A DNA stretch of 29,803 bases from a bacterium. GTDB taxonomy: Bacteria > JADJOY01. A program made the position numbers and the translations under genes. The notes beneath the pieces are model-generated. The model was not told the origin of the DNA. It did not search any database and was given only the letters and a program-made list of their open reading frames with translations. Where the stretch lies: positions 62,001 to 91,803 of the forward strand of contig JAXLQJ010000029.1 of assembly GCA_046331705.1 (NCBI GenBank), written 5' to 3'. Shown here one piece after another: positions 10,078 through 17,614 of this stretch (position 1 is the stretch's first letter; the number at the start of each line of letters is the position of its first letter).

Positions 10078-11073
10078 ATGATGCGGCCCGACCCGTCCGC
10101 GTGCCATTCGCATCCTCCCACCGTCGCCGCGGATTCGACGTCGCCGCCGCCGAGCACCGCGGTCGCGACGCCGTGCGACGCCGACGCCGCACCGCCTCCC
10201 GCGGCCACCGACGCGGCGCAGCCGGCACCAGCGGCCGGTCAAGGCCCCAAGCTCGACCCGCGCGCCGCGGCCGCGTTCTTCGACGATCTGCGGCGCGTGC
10301 TCTCCCAGCCCCGTCCCTCGGAGACGCTGCGCGCGCTGCTCGAGCGCGGCGTGCTGCACGAGACCCTGCCCGAGGTGGTGCGCATGGTGGGCGTCGAGCA
10401 GCCCGCCAAATCCCACGGCTGCGACGCCTTCGATCACACCATGCGGGTGGTGGACGCGGCGCGCTCGGATACCGCGCTCGTCGCTCCCGGTGACATGGAG
10501 CTGATGCTGGCGGCGCTCTTCCACGACGTCGGCAAGCCGCACACCAAGGGCATGGACGCCGAGACCGGGCGCATCACGTTTCACGGCCACCAATTCGTGG
10601 GCGAGCGGCTCACGCGGAAACGGCTCAAGGCGTTCGCGGCCCAGCGCGTGAGCATCGACGCCGAGCGCGTCTCGCGCTTGGTGCGCCACCACATGTTCGA
10701 CCTCGACGTGGAGCTCTCGGAAAAGGCCATCCGTCGCTTCGCGCGGCGGCTCGGCAGCGCCGAGATGACGTACAAGCTCCTCGACCTGCGCATCGCGGAC
10801 AAACGCGGCGGCGCGCGGCCCGACCGGATCGGCGCGATCCTGGCGTTTCGCAAGCGCGTGCGCGGCGAGCTCGAGCGCAAGGAGCCGTTCGGCCTGCGCG
10901 ATCTCGCCGTCGACGGCAACGACCTGATCGAGGCGGGGATCTCCGAGGGGCCGTCGATTGGACTCACGCTCAAGCGGCTCCTCGCCGCGGTGCTCGAGAA
11001 CCCGGACCTCAACACGCGCGACGCATTGCTGGCGCTCGCGCTGGCTCCCGCGAGCGACCCATGTTGCGAATGA
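10078..11073 (+). CDS. HD-domain phosphohydrolase resembling the C-terminal half of CCA-adding enzyme/poly(A) polymerase; no nucleotidyltransferase domain
   Basis: GVLHETLPEV..MVGVEQP...H..DAFDHTMRVV, LAALFHDVGKP, TFHGHQFVG, LVRHHM, LRIAD, LAVDGNDLI..G...GPSIG..LKRLL..VLENPDLNTRDALL. The N-terminal ~60 aa are Pro/Ala-rich low complexity. Confidence 0.85.
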   Translation: MMRPDPSACHSHPPTVAADSTSPPPSTAVATPCDADAAPPPAATDAAQPAPAAGQGPKLDPRAAAAFFDDLRRVLSQPRPSETLRALLERGVLHETLPEVVRMVGVEQPAKSHGCDAFDHTMRVVDAARSDTALVAPGDMELMLAALFHDVGKPHTKGMDAETGRITFHGHQFVGERLTRKRLKAFAAQRVSIDAERVSRLVRHHMFDLDVELSEKAIRRFARRLGSAEMTYKLLDLRIADKRGGARPDRIGAILAFRKRVRGELERKEPFGLRDLAVDGNDLIEAGISEGPSIGLTLKRLLAAVLENPDLNTRDALLALALAPASDPCCE

Positions 11074-12881
11074 AGAGCTCTCCGCGTCCTTTCGTCGCTC
11101 GGTTCGTCCTCGGACTCGCCGTCGTGTGGGCCGCGAGCACGATCGCGACCCGTGCGTCCGCGGCGCCGCCGCGCGGCCCCACGATCCTGGTGCTGCCCAT
11201 GGCGGCGGACGACTCCATTCCCGCGGCGAGCGTGGCGCGGCTGCGCAGCGCGCTCGAAGCCGGGCTCAAGAGCGCAGGAGCGCGCGCGGTCCCCGCTGCC
11301 GCGAGCGCACCGGCGAAGCTCGCCTCGCGCGAGGCGTTGCGCGGCGCTGCTGCGACTGCCGGCGCGAGCGCCGTCCTGACGAGCGAGCTCACGCGCCAGG
11401 GCGCGGGCGTTCATCTCGCGCTCGCGATCCACGACGGCACGAGTGGCACCGCGGTGTGGCGAAGCGCGCTCGACCAGCCCGACGTCGAAGGCGTCCGCGC
11501 GTTCCTGAGCGAGGTGCTGGGCGAAGCCGTCAGCGCCGCGCGCTCCACCGGCGAATCGGCGCGGCCCAGCGCGATCGGCGCAGCCGGCGCAGTCGGCGCC
11601 GAGCCACCCGCCGCAGCCGAGCCAGCTCGTGCAGCCGAGCCCGCTCGTGCAGCCGCTCCCACGAGCGCCGCCGCTGCCGCGGCAGGCTCGACCTTGCCGC
11701 CGCCCGTGCTCACGGTCGAGCCCGACGGCGGCGCAGCCGTGGTGCTCAACGCCACGCCGCGGATCGAGCCGCCCGTCGCGCTCGCGGCCGCCGCCGCGCC
11801 CGCGCTACCGTCGGTCCAGGCGTACCCATTCGAGGCGGACATTCGCGACTTCGACGTCTGCCGCTTCGGCGCGACGGCGCCCATCGCGTTCGCCGTCGTC
11901 GAAGCCGAGGGCGTACGCCTCTGGATCGCGGACGGCACGCGCCCGCCGACAGCCGCGGCCCACGTGGACACGCGCGCGCTCGAGACGTTCGTCGCCGCCG
12001 ATTGCGCGGACGTCGACGGTGACGGCATCGACGAGCTCGCGATCACCGGACGGCGCAACGGCGGCTTCCGCTCGCGGGTCTTCACCGTGACCGAGGGCGG
12101 CCAGCGCGTCGCGCCGATCGGCGAGGAAGTCGCCTTCGCCATTCGCGCCGCCCCGGTCGGCGGCGGCAAACGCAGCCTGTTCGCGCAAGACTTCCCCATC
12201 CCGGGACGGCTCTACGGCCCGATTCGCACGGTGGAAGTGCGCGGCGGCCAAGTCCTCCTGGGACGCGAGCTCGAGCTGGTGGCGGATGCCAACGTCGGCG
12301 CGCTCGCGCTGGGGCTGCCCGGACCGCAGGGCACCGACGCCGCGCTCACCATCGACTCCGACGCGCGCTTGCGCCTGATCGCCAGCGGGCGCAGCGCATG
12401 GACCGGACCCGCGCACTACGGCGGCTACGACGTTTCCTTCGAGACCGCCGAGCGTCTGGTCAGCACCACCGGCTCGCTGCCGCGCGTCTATTTGCGCGAC
12501 CGCATCGAGGTGGTCGGCCAAGGGTCGTCACCGCTGATCTTCGTCACCGAGATCGAAGCGCCGCTCGGAAACGTGCTGCCGAATCTCAACGTGGGTCGCG
12601 ACGTCACCGTCGCGGCGATGCGCTGGAACGGCCAAGGCTTCGCGCCCATCCCCGTGCCCTTCGGATACAGCGCCGCGAGCGTCGGCGAGGGCGCGCTCAG
12701 AGACATTCGCGTCACCGACGTCACCGGCGACCGCGTCCCCGATCTGGTGCTCGCCGTCGTCGACTCCGAGGGCGGCTTGCTCGTTCCTCCAAGGCCGCGA
12801 GCCGACTATGCTCGTGTTTCCGGGCACGCCGTTGACGGACTCGCCGCAATCCGCACAATAAGCCGTCTCCGGGCGGGGTGA
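11070..12881 (+). CDS. Exported protein with Ala/Pro-rich linker and FG-GAP/VCBS-type Ca-binding repeats; true 3' end probably earlier (about 12835-12860)
   Basis: ATGA overlap with the HD gene stop; signal peptide (ARFVLGLAVVWAAS..ASA); motifs ADVDGDGIDELAIT and TDVTGDRVPDLVLA. As read, the stop codon lies inside the tRNA-Met 5' end. Confidence 0.7.
   Translation: MKSSPRPFVARFVLGLAVVWAASTIATRASAAPPRGPTILVLPMAADDSIPAASVARLRSALEAGLKSAGARAVPAAASAPAKLASREALRGAAATAGASAVLTSELTRQGAGVHLALAIHDGTSGTAVWRSALDQPDVEGVRAFLSEVLGEAVSAARSTGESARPSAIGAAGAVGAEPPAAAEPARAAEPARAAAPTSAAAAAAGSTLPPPVLTVEPDGGAAVVLNATPRIEPPVALAAAAAPALPSVQAYPFEADIRDFDVCRFGATAPIAFAVVEAEGVRLWIADGTRPPTAAAHVDTRALETFVAADCADVDGDGIDELAITGRRNGGFRSRVFTVTEGGQRVAPIGEEVAFAIRAAPVGGGKRSLFAQDFPIPGRLYGPIRTVEVRGGQVLLGRELELVADANVGALALGLPGPQGTDAALTIDSDARLRLIASGRSAWTGPAHYGGYDVSFETAERLVSTTGSLPRVYLRDRIEVVGQGSSPLIFVTEIEAPLGNVLPNLNVGRDVTVAAMRWNGQGFAPIPVPFGYSAASVGEGALRDIRVTDVTGDRVPDLVLAVVDSEGGLLVPPRPRADYARVSGHAVDGLAAIRTISRLRAG
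11613..11655 (+). repeat. 18-bp in-frame tandem repeat (about 2.4 copies) encoding AAEPAR
   Basis: GCAGCCGAGCCAGCTCGT / GCAGCCGAGCCCGCTCGT / GCAGCCG. Confidence 0.8.
12832..12859 (+). promoter_or_regulatory. Putative sigma70-type promoter for tRNA-Met
   Basis: TTGACG (12832-12837), 16 nt spacer, CACAAT (12854-12859), 12 nt before the tRNA. Confidence 0.4.
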
Positions 12882-12948
12882 AGCCAGGGTGGTTAGAGCG
12901 ACGGTCTCATAAGCCGTAGGTCGAGGGTTCGAGTCCCTCCCGCCACCA
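12872..12948 (+). tRNA. tRNA with CAT anticodon (most likely elongator tRNA-Met); D-stem and acceptor stem irregular as written
   Basis: Anticodon arm ACGGT-CT-CAT-AA-GCCGT, T arm GAGGG-TTCGAGT-CCCTC, 3' ACCA. 5' GGCGGGG has only CCGCC opposite (2 nt short), and the D-stem 5' strand reads GAAGCCAG instead of AGCTCAG. Confidence 0.85.
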
Positions 12949-13149
12949 GAAGTCGTCTGTGAGCGGCACCTCGCTGGCCGATTCAGGTGCACAGACGGTC
13001 GATCGTGCAACTTTAGCCGCGCCGTTAGCTGCGCCTGTGCTGCGTCGACATTGCGTTGCGCCGAAGCGCGTGATCGACTGCGTAGACCGTGGACCTGCAC
13101 CGCAACGGCGAGAGCGAACTCGTACGTGCGGGCATGGCATCTGTCTTGC

Positions 13150-13960
13150 GACCAAGTCGAGCAAGCAAGCCGGCTTTCGTCTGGAGGCACTGCAGAACGC
13201 CGGCTGATCCGCTCCCGAAACGCGTCGATCGCCTTGTCAACGAACACGGTGCGCTCGAGACAAGCCAGGATCGTGGCGCAGTACAGGGCTGCGATGTGCT
13301 GCAGATCGGCGACTTGCTCCATGCGAGCGTGCGACGATCCACTAGTTGGCAGACGATTGAGCGCATCGATTACCACTGCTTGCGTGCCTGACTCCATCAA
13401 CCCTACGAGCGATTCCCGCAGATGGGTGAGATCCGACTCAACCGAGCCACCGCGGGGCCGATGCTCGCGCACTTGGACCGCCAAGAGACCCAGCCGGGCT
13501 CGTTCAAATGCACCCGCGAGCCATTGTCTCCACGACTCCGATACCTGGCGTAGATCGTCGGAGCGCAGGGTTGTTCCCGACGAGGTGAGTCTCCTCAACC
13601 TGCTCCGCGCGCATCCTCGACGCGTAGCGATGGCTTGCCCTACGCACTCTGCTGCATGAGCGCTGTTGCACGCATTGCCAAGTCACGTATGCCTTGATCC
13701 GTCGCTGCGCCAGCCGTAGGTCTCGTCTGTTCGACTCGCTCACGCTCCAGTTGCTCTGTGAGACGCGCGCCCGTTGCGCGGGTGTACTCGCCGTGGCGGC
13801 GGCGCTCGAGCCGGCCACCGCCGCTGACTGGCCTATCGGAAACGACGTGGGCGACCGTCCGACATCCTCGCGGCTACTCCCGCTGGCTCGGCGACGCGAT
13901 CCAGCAACGCCCGTTCGCATTGGCGATGGCGGCGTCGAGCCCACTCTGAATCGTCAGGCC
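13150..13960 (-). pseudogene. Frameshifted coding segment with weak RecA/DnaB-like ATPase-fold resemblance; may be the C-terminus of the TIR gene
   Basis: Pieces FPIGQSAAVAGSSAAAT (Walker A position without GKT) and TQAVVIDALNRL...RMEQVADLQHIAALYCATILACLE (Walker B-like strand and the following helix-strand). Boundaries approximate. Confidence 0.3.
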
Positions 13961-14049
13961 TTCCTGCTCGTTGCCGCCTGCGGGGTCTGGATCGCTCGTG
14001 AGCTCGAGGAGCGACCGCGCTTTCGAAGTATCCTGAGCGCGCCGTTCCA

Positions 14050-15619
14050 GCTGCCTCGGTTCATGAGCTCGGGCTCGATAGTGGAGGTTCGTCACCCGCC
14101 GGCGGAGCCGGTCCGATGCTCGGTGTTCTGCACGCGCGGCCTGCGCGGCCTCGCTCTGAGCGGGCTCGCTCGATCTCGTGCCGTAGCCTCTGCGCGTTCG
14201 CGCTCGGCGCGCTCTGCTGCAACGGCGCTTGTTCGGCAGCCTGCTTGCCGCCGCTTGGCGTGCTTCCTCGTCTTCGCGGCGCTTTTTCTTCTGGGTGAAA
14301 GCCGCCTTGCGCGAAGGCGCGCGATTCCTCCGGTCGATTTCCTCGGTGGCTGAGGCAAGCTCACGCGCTCCTTCAAGAGCGCAACGGCTCTTCTCCCATG
14401 CGCCCCTTCACGAAAGGCGCTGGCGCGGGCGGGCGTAGTCCTCGAGCTTGCGTTGCTGTTTCTCCTCGGCGGCCTCGCTCGCCTTGCGCGCGAGCACGGG
14501 CCGCGGCGCGTGCGGCTCCTTCGGCGCGCCTCTTCGGCGGCTTCGCGAAGCTGTTTCGCGTGAGTTCCGCTTGGCTTCGATCGCCGCAATCTCGGCGTTG
14601 ATCTCGCTCGGATCGTCCACCCGCGAACGTGCCTTCCTTAGCGTCACGATCGCCGCGTCCCAGCTCATCTCGAACGAACCGCTGCGCTCCTCCGCGAGAA
14701 GCTGATCGGTTCGTCGCCGTTCGTCCGCCCGCGCGACGACGTCAGGGTGGGGTGCGGGCACTAGGGTGACTATTGCCGTCGACGTAGCGTCCAGCTCGAT
14801 CGACTCGCCGGGTCTAGGCGTGTCGGTGATCCGTGGCTCCGACTCCGAGCCGGCGCGTCAGAGCCGCGCGCGCAGATTCCCCGCGCTGGAATCGACCGCC
14901 TCGGGTTCAGCGCACCGTGCAGCCTGCTCAGCGGCATGGTCGACCACGCGCTCGCCCCTCGAGATGTCCTCGATCCTCGGGGCGCGATGCAACTCGGTGC
15001 CAGCTAGCTCATGGTCTTCCGCTACCGGCGAATCGGACGCCGGCTGGTCCTGAAGTGCAACGGGAGCATCCCGCGGCTCATCGGAAGTGTGCGCGCACTC
15101 GATGCCGCCGAGTCACGGCTCGATTCGACCACCTGCTGCGACACTTCCGCTGCGAGCTTAAGCTCTTCGACTAGAGGTTGAGATCCCGATGGAAGCTGTT
15201 GCCCGGACCGAACATCTGTTCCCTTCTTTGTTAGCCAGCCCGAGTTCCGGCGGCAGCTCGTGCGGCTTTGGCATCCTTGCCTTCCCGACAAGTACCGGGA
15301 AGACAGGGATTGGCTGATTAAGGGCTGCGGCAACCCTCCAGCGCGCACATGGTCACCTGGTACATCGGCGCGGCGCTGCCCCTGGTAGTCCCTGTCCTTC
15401 TCGCTGCAGCTCAGCCACTGATCGCCAATAACCACAATCATTGCGTCAGAGTGACGAATCCGCTCCGCACAGAAATCCGGGAAATCTACCCCCGGCTTTA
15501 CGTTATCGTACATCGTAGAAGATATTCGTCCTGCCGAATTCGCTCGCGAGTCGATCGTAGATACGACCTGTGATGTCCTCGCCGTCCTCGCGGCGATAAC
15601 AGATGAAGATCTTCGGCAT
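14050..15619 (-). pseudogene. TIR (TIR_2-type) domain protein with acidic linker and charged coiled-coil; multiple frameshifts
   Basis: Joining frames from ATG 15619: MPKIFICYRREDGEDITGRIYDRLASEFGRTNIFYDV/DNVKPGVDFPDFCAERIRHSDAMIVVIGDQWL...GQRRADVPGDHVR/LE/VAAALNQPIPVFPVLVGKARMPKPHELPPEL/GWLTKK..DVRSG/NSFHRD/..LVEEL, a complete bacterial TIR fold including the expected catalytic Glu (VRLEV). 3' end approximate. Confidence 0.8.
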
Positions 15620-15892
15620 GGCTGTGGCGCGATCTGGACGGTGCGGAACTCGATCTTGCTACGGCCACGGCACGGGCATCAAGGCGCACTACGGCGACGT
15701 TTCGATGGAGTATTCCCGCGGTCGGAGCACCTTCTCCACTCCGCGAGGATCGGCCGTGCTCCAACCGTGTGCCGATACACAACCCTCAGAGGCTGCGGGT
15801 GGATCCGAGCGCACCCCGCCGGCCGAGGTGACGGCTTCCGGCGCGGCTGCGATGGCTTCGGCTGACACTCCTGCGGGAGAGTGCTTCGACCG

Positions 15893-15970
15893 ACCCCGCA
15901 TGATGTCGGGCGGCGCGAGCCAGCAGCGGATGCCGAAGCGCTCGATCCCACGACGGACCGCCAGCAGATC
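15893..15970 (-). pseudogene. TIR-domain remnant (alphaA-betaB-BB loop segment)
   Basis: DLLAVRRGIERFGIRCWLAPPDIMRG resembles the common bacterial TIR segment AVC..LE..GIRCWIAPRDI..G; no upstream FISY strand and no recognisable continuation. Confidence 0.55.
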
Positions 15971-16018
15971 GCAAGCCCGCCGCAAGCACTCGCCGCGCGC
16001 GCCCGCCGATGACCGATC

Positions 16019-17446
16019 TCAGCGCGACGCCGCCTCCAGCTCGGCGATGACGCGCGCGAGCCAGGGCGTTCGTTCGCGGCGCTTGGTGCGTGCGTCCCGA
16101 ATCAACCGCAGGTTGCGAGCCGTGGTCTCGGCTTCCCACGGGGCGCGCAACGAAGCGAGTGCGTCGCCGAGGTGACGATCCGCGGCCGGTGCGTCGCTCG
16201 CGAGCACCGCGAGCTCGAGCATCGTGGCGTGGTCCCAGTAATCGGGTGAACCGCTCGCCAAGCGCTGCTCGGCGGAGAAGCGAACCACCGGCAGCAAGCG
16301 ATCGCGCTCGGCCTTGGCGGCATCGTCGCCCTTCATCTCGAGCAGCGTGACGGCGTTGATGCCGGGATACGCATCGCGCCAGTCGGCCTGAAAGCCGCGC
16401 CGGTAAGCGCCGATGGCACGGTCGAGGTGGGACGCCGCGAGCGCCTCGCCCTTCTTCCCTCTGGCGCACGCCTCCGTCCAAAGATCCTTGTGGATCCTGC
16501 CGATGAGCCCGCAGGTCTCGGAGCTGGGTCCTTGCTCGGACTCGACTTCCTTGAGCACGCTGAGCGCCCGCTCGCGGAGCGTTCGCGCGAGCACGCTCTC
16601 CGAATCCTCCTTGAACAAGCGTCCGGCTTCGCGATTGAGCGCGAGCCCGAGCTGCTCGCGCACCATCACCTGGCGCTGGAGAGCGACGGGCATGCGAGCG
16701 TAGAGATCGATCATCGCTCGCCAGGCGCTCAGCGCTCGGTACGAGAGCATGAGCTCCACGATCACGCCCGCCTCGTCGACGTCCAGCTCGTCGAGCTCCT
16801 TCTCGACGGCGCCGAGGGCTTCGAGTCCCGCTTCGCCGCGCCGCAAACGAGCCTCCGCCATGCGCTCTTGCAGCTCGCGATGCTCGGTGAGCTCGTCGCG
16901 AAACACGTCGGTCTTGAGCCGCGCGAGCTTGGGCGGCTTCCACTCGCCGATGAGCTGGAAGATCGGGCTGTCGACGTGGGCCTTGCTGAACGCGAGCTTT
17001 CGCAAGCGCTTCAGGCTCGCACCGAGCGATTCGCGCAGCGCCTTGGCCTCGCGTGCGGCGAACCGGTTGTTGGCTCCGAGGTCGTAGCCCACCGCCTCCA
17101 GGAACGAGACGTCGAACGGAATGTGGTGGTGCTTGGCGAAGATCGCCTGTGTCGTGCTGGGCCGCGCCGTGTGGCGTACCCCCAGCTCGTAAAACACGTT
17201 CGCGTTGGCGCTGGTCAGATCGGCCACCGCGTACTCGCACAGCATCAGCGCCGCGAACATCTTGCGGTGGATGATGCCGCCGCCGGCGGCGTGGTCCGAG
17301 CGCAGCGGGATCAGCCCCGCATCCTCGATGGCGGGAGCGATCGCTCGCCGGTACACCTCGTCGAAATCGATGTCGGCGCGACCCGTGGGATCGGGCTTCT
17401 TGCCGAACGGCATCAGCACGAAGCAGAGCGGTTTCGGTTGAGACAT
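16019..17446 (-). CDS. Deoxyribohydrolase-like (DRHyd/NDT fold) domain + TPR-S repeats (DUF4071 / MAP3K TRAF-binding family)
   Basis: CFVLMPFGKK...DFDEVY...IAPAI...RSD...IIH..MF..L..CEYAVADLTSANANVFYELGVRH; C-terminal LLSYR-like LMLSYRALSAW, EQLGLALNR, SSETCGLIGRIHKDLW, YRRGF..D..DAYPGINAVTLL, DYWDHATMLEL, WEAETTARNLRLI. ATG 17446 preceded by AAAGGA. Confidence 0.88.
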   Translation of the reverse strand: MSQPKPLCFVLMPFGKKPDPTGRADIDFDEVYRRAIAPAIEDAGLIPLRSDHAAGGGIIHRKMFAALMLCEYAVADLTSANANVFYELGVRHTARPSTTQAIFAKHHHIPFDVSFLEAVGYDLGANNRFAAREAKALRESLGASLKRLRKLAFSKAHVDSPIFQLIGEWKPPKLARLKTDVFRDELTEHRELQERMAEARLRRGEAGLEALGAVEKELDELDVDEAGVIVELMLSYRALSAWRAMIDLYARMPVALQRQVMVREQLGLALNREAGRLFKEDSESVLARTLRERALSVLKEVESEQGPSSETCGLIGRIHKDLWTEACARGKKGEALAASHLDRAIGAYRRGFQADWRDAYPGINAVTLLEMKGDDAAKAERDRLLPVVRFSAEQRLASGSPDYWDHATMLELAVLASDAPAADRHLGDALASLRAPWEAETTARNLRLIRDARTKRRERTPWLARVIAELEAASR

Positions 17447-17614
17447 GGAGCGTCCTTTCGGTGCGGTCCCGAGGCGACGACGAGCGCGCGAGCGCACTGC
17501 GCGGCCGAGCATGCGAGGCGTGCTTGCGAGTATCCAGCGCTGAGCTTGCTCGGAATCGAACGTGGCTTGGTATCGAATCCCTGACCGGTGCCATTCGTGA
17601 CTCGCGCCGATTGC

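Noticed and set aside
11613-11655. AAEPAR tandem repeat as a phase-variation or CRISPR-like element
   Set aside because: Only about 2.4 in-frame copies in a low-complexity linker, with no spacers. No CRISPR array or cas gene was seen anywhere in the window.
12528-13598. 356-aa minus-strand ORF as one real gene
   Set aside because: Its 3' half runs antisense through tRNA-Met and the FG-GAP gene; only the first ~140 aa look like coding sequence.
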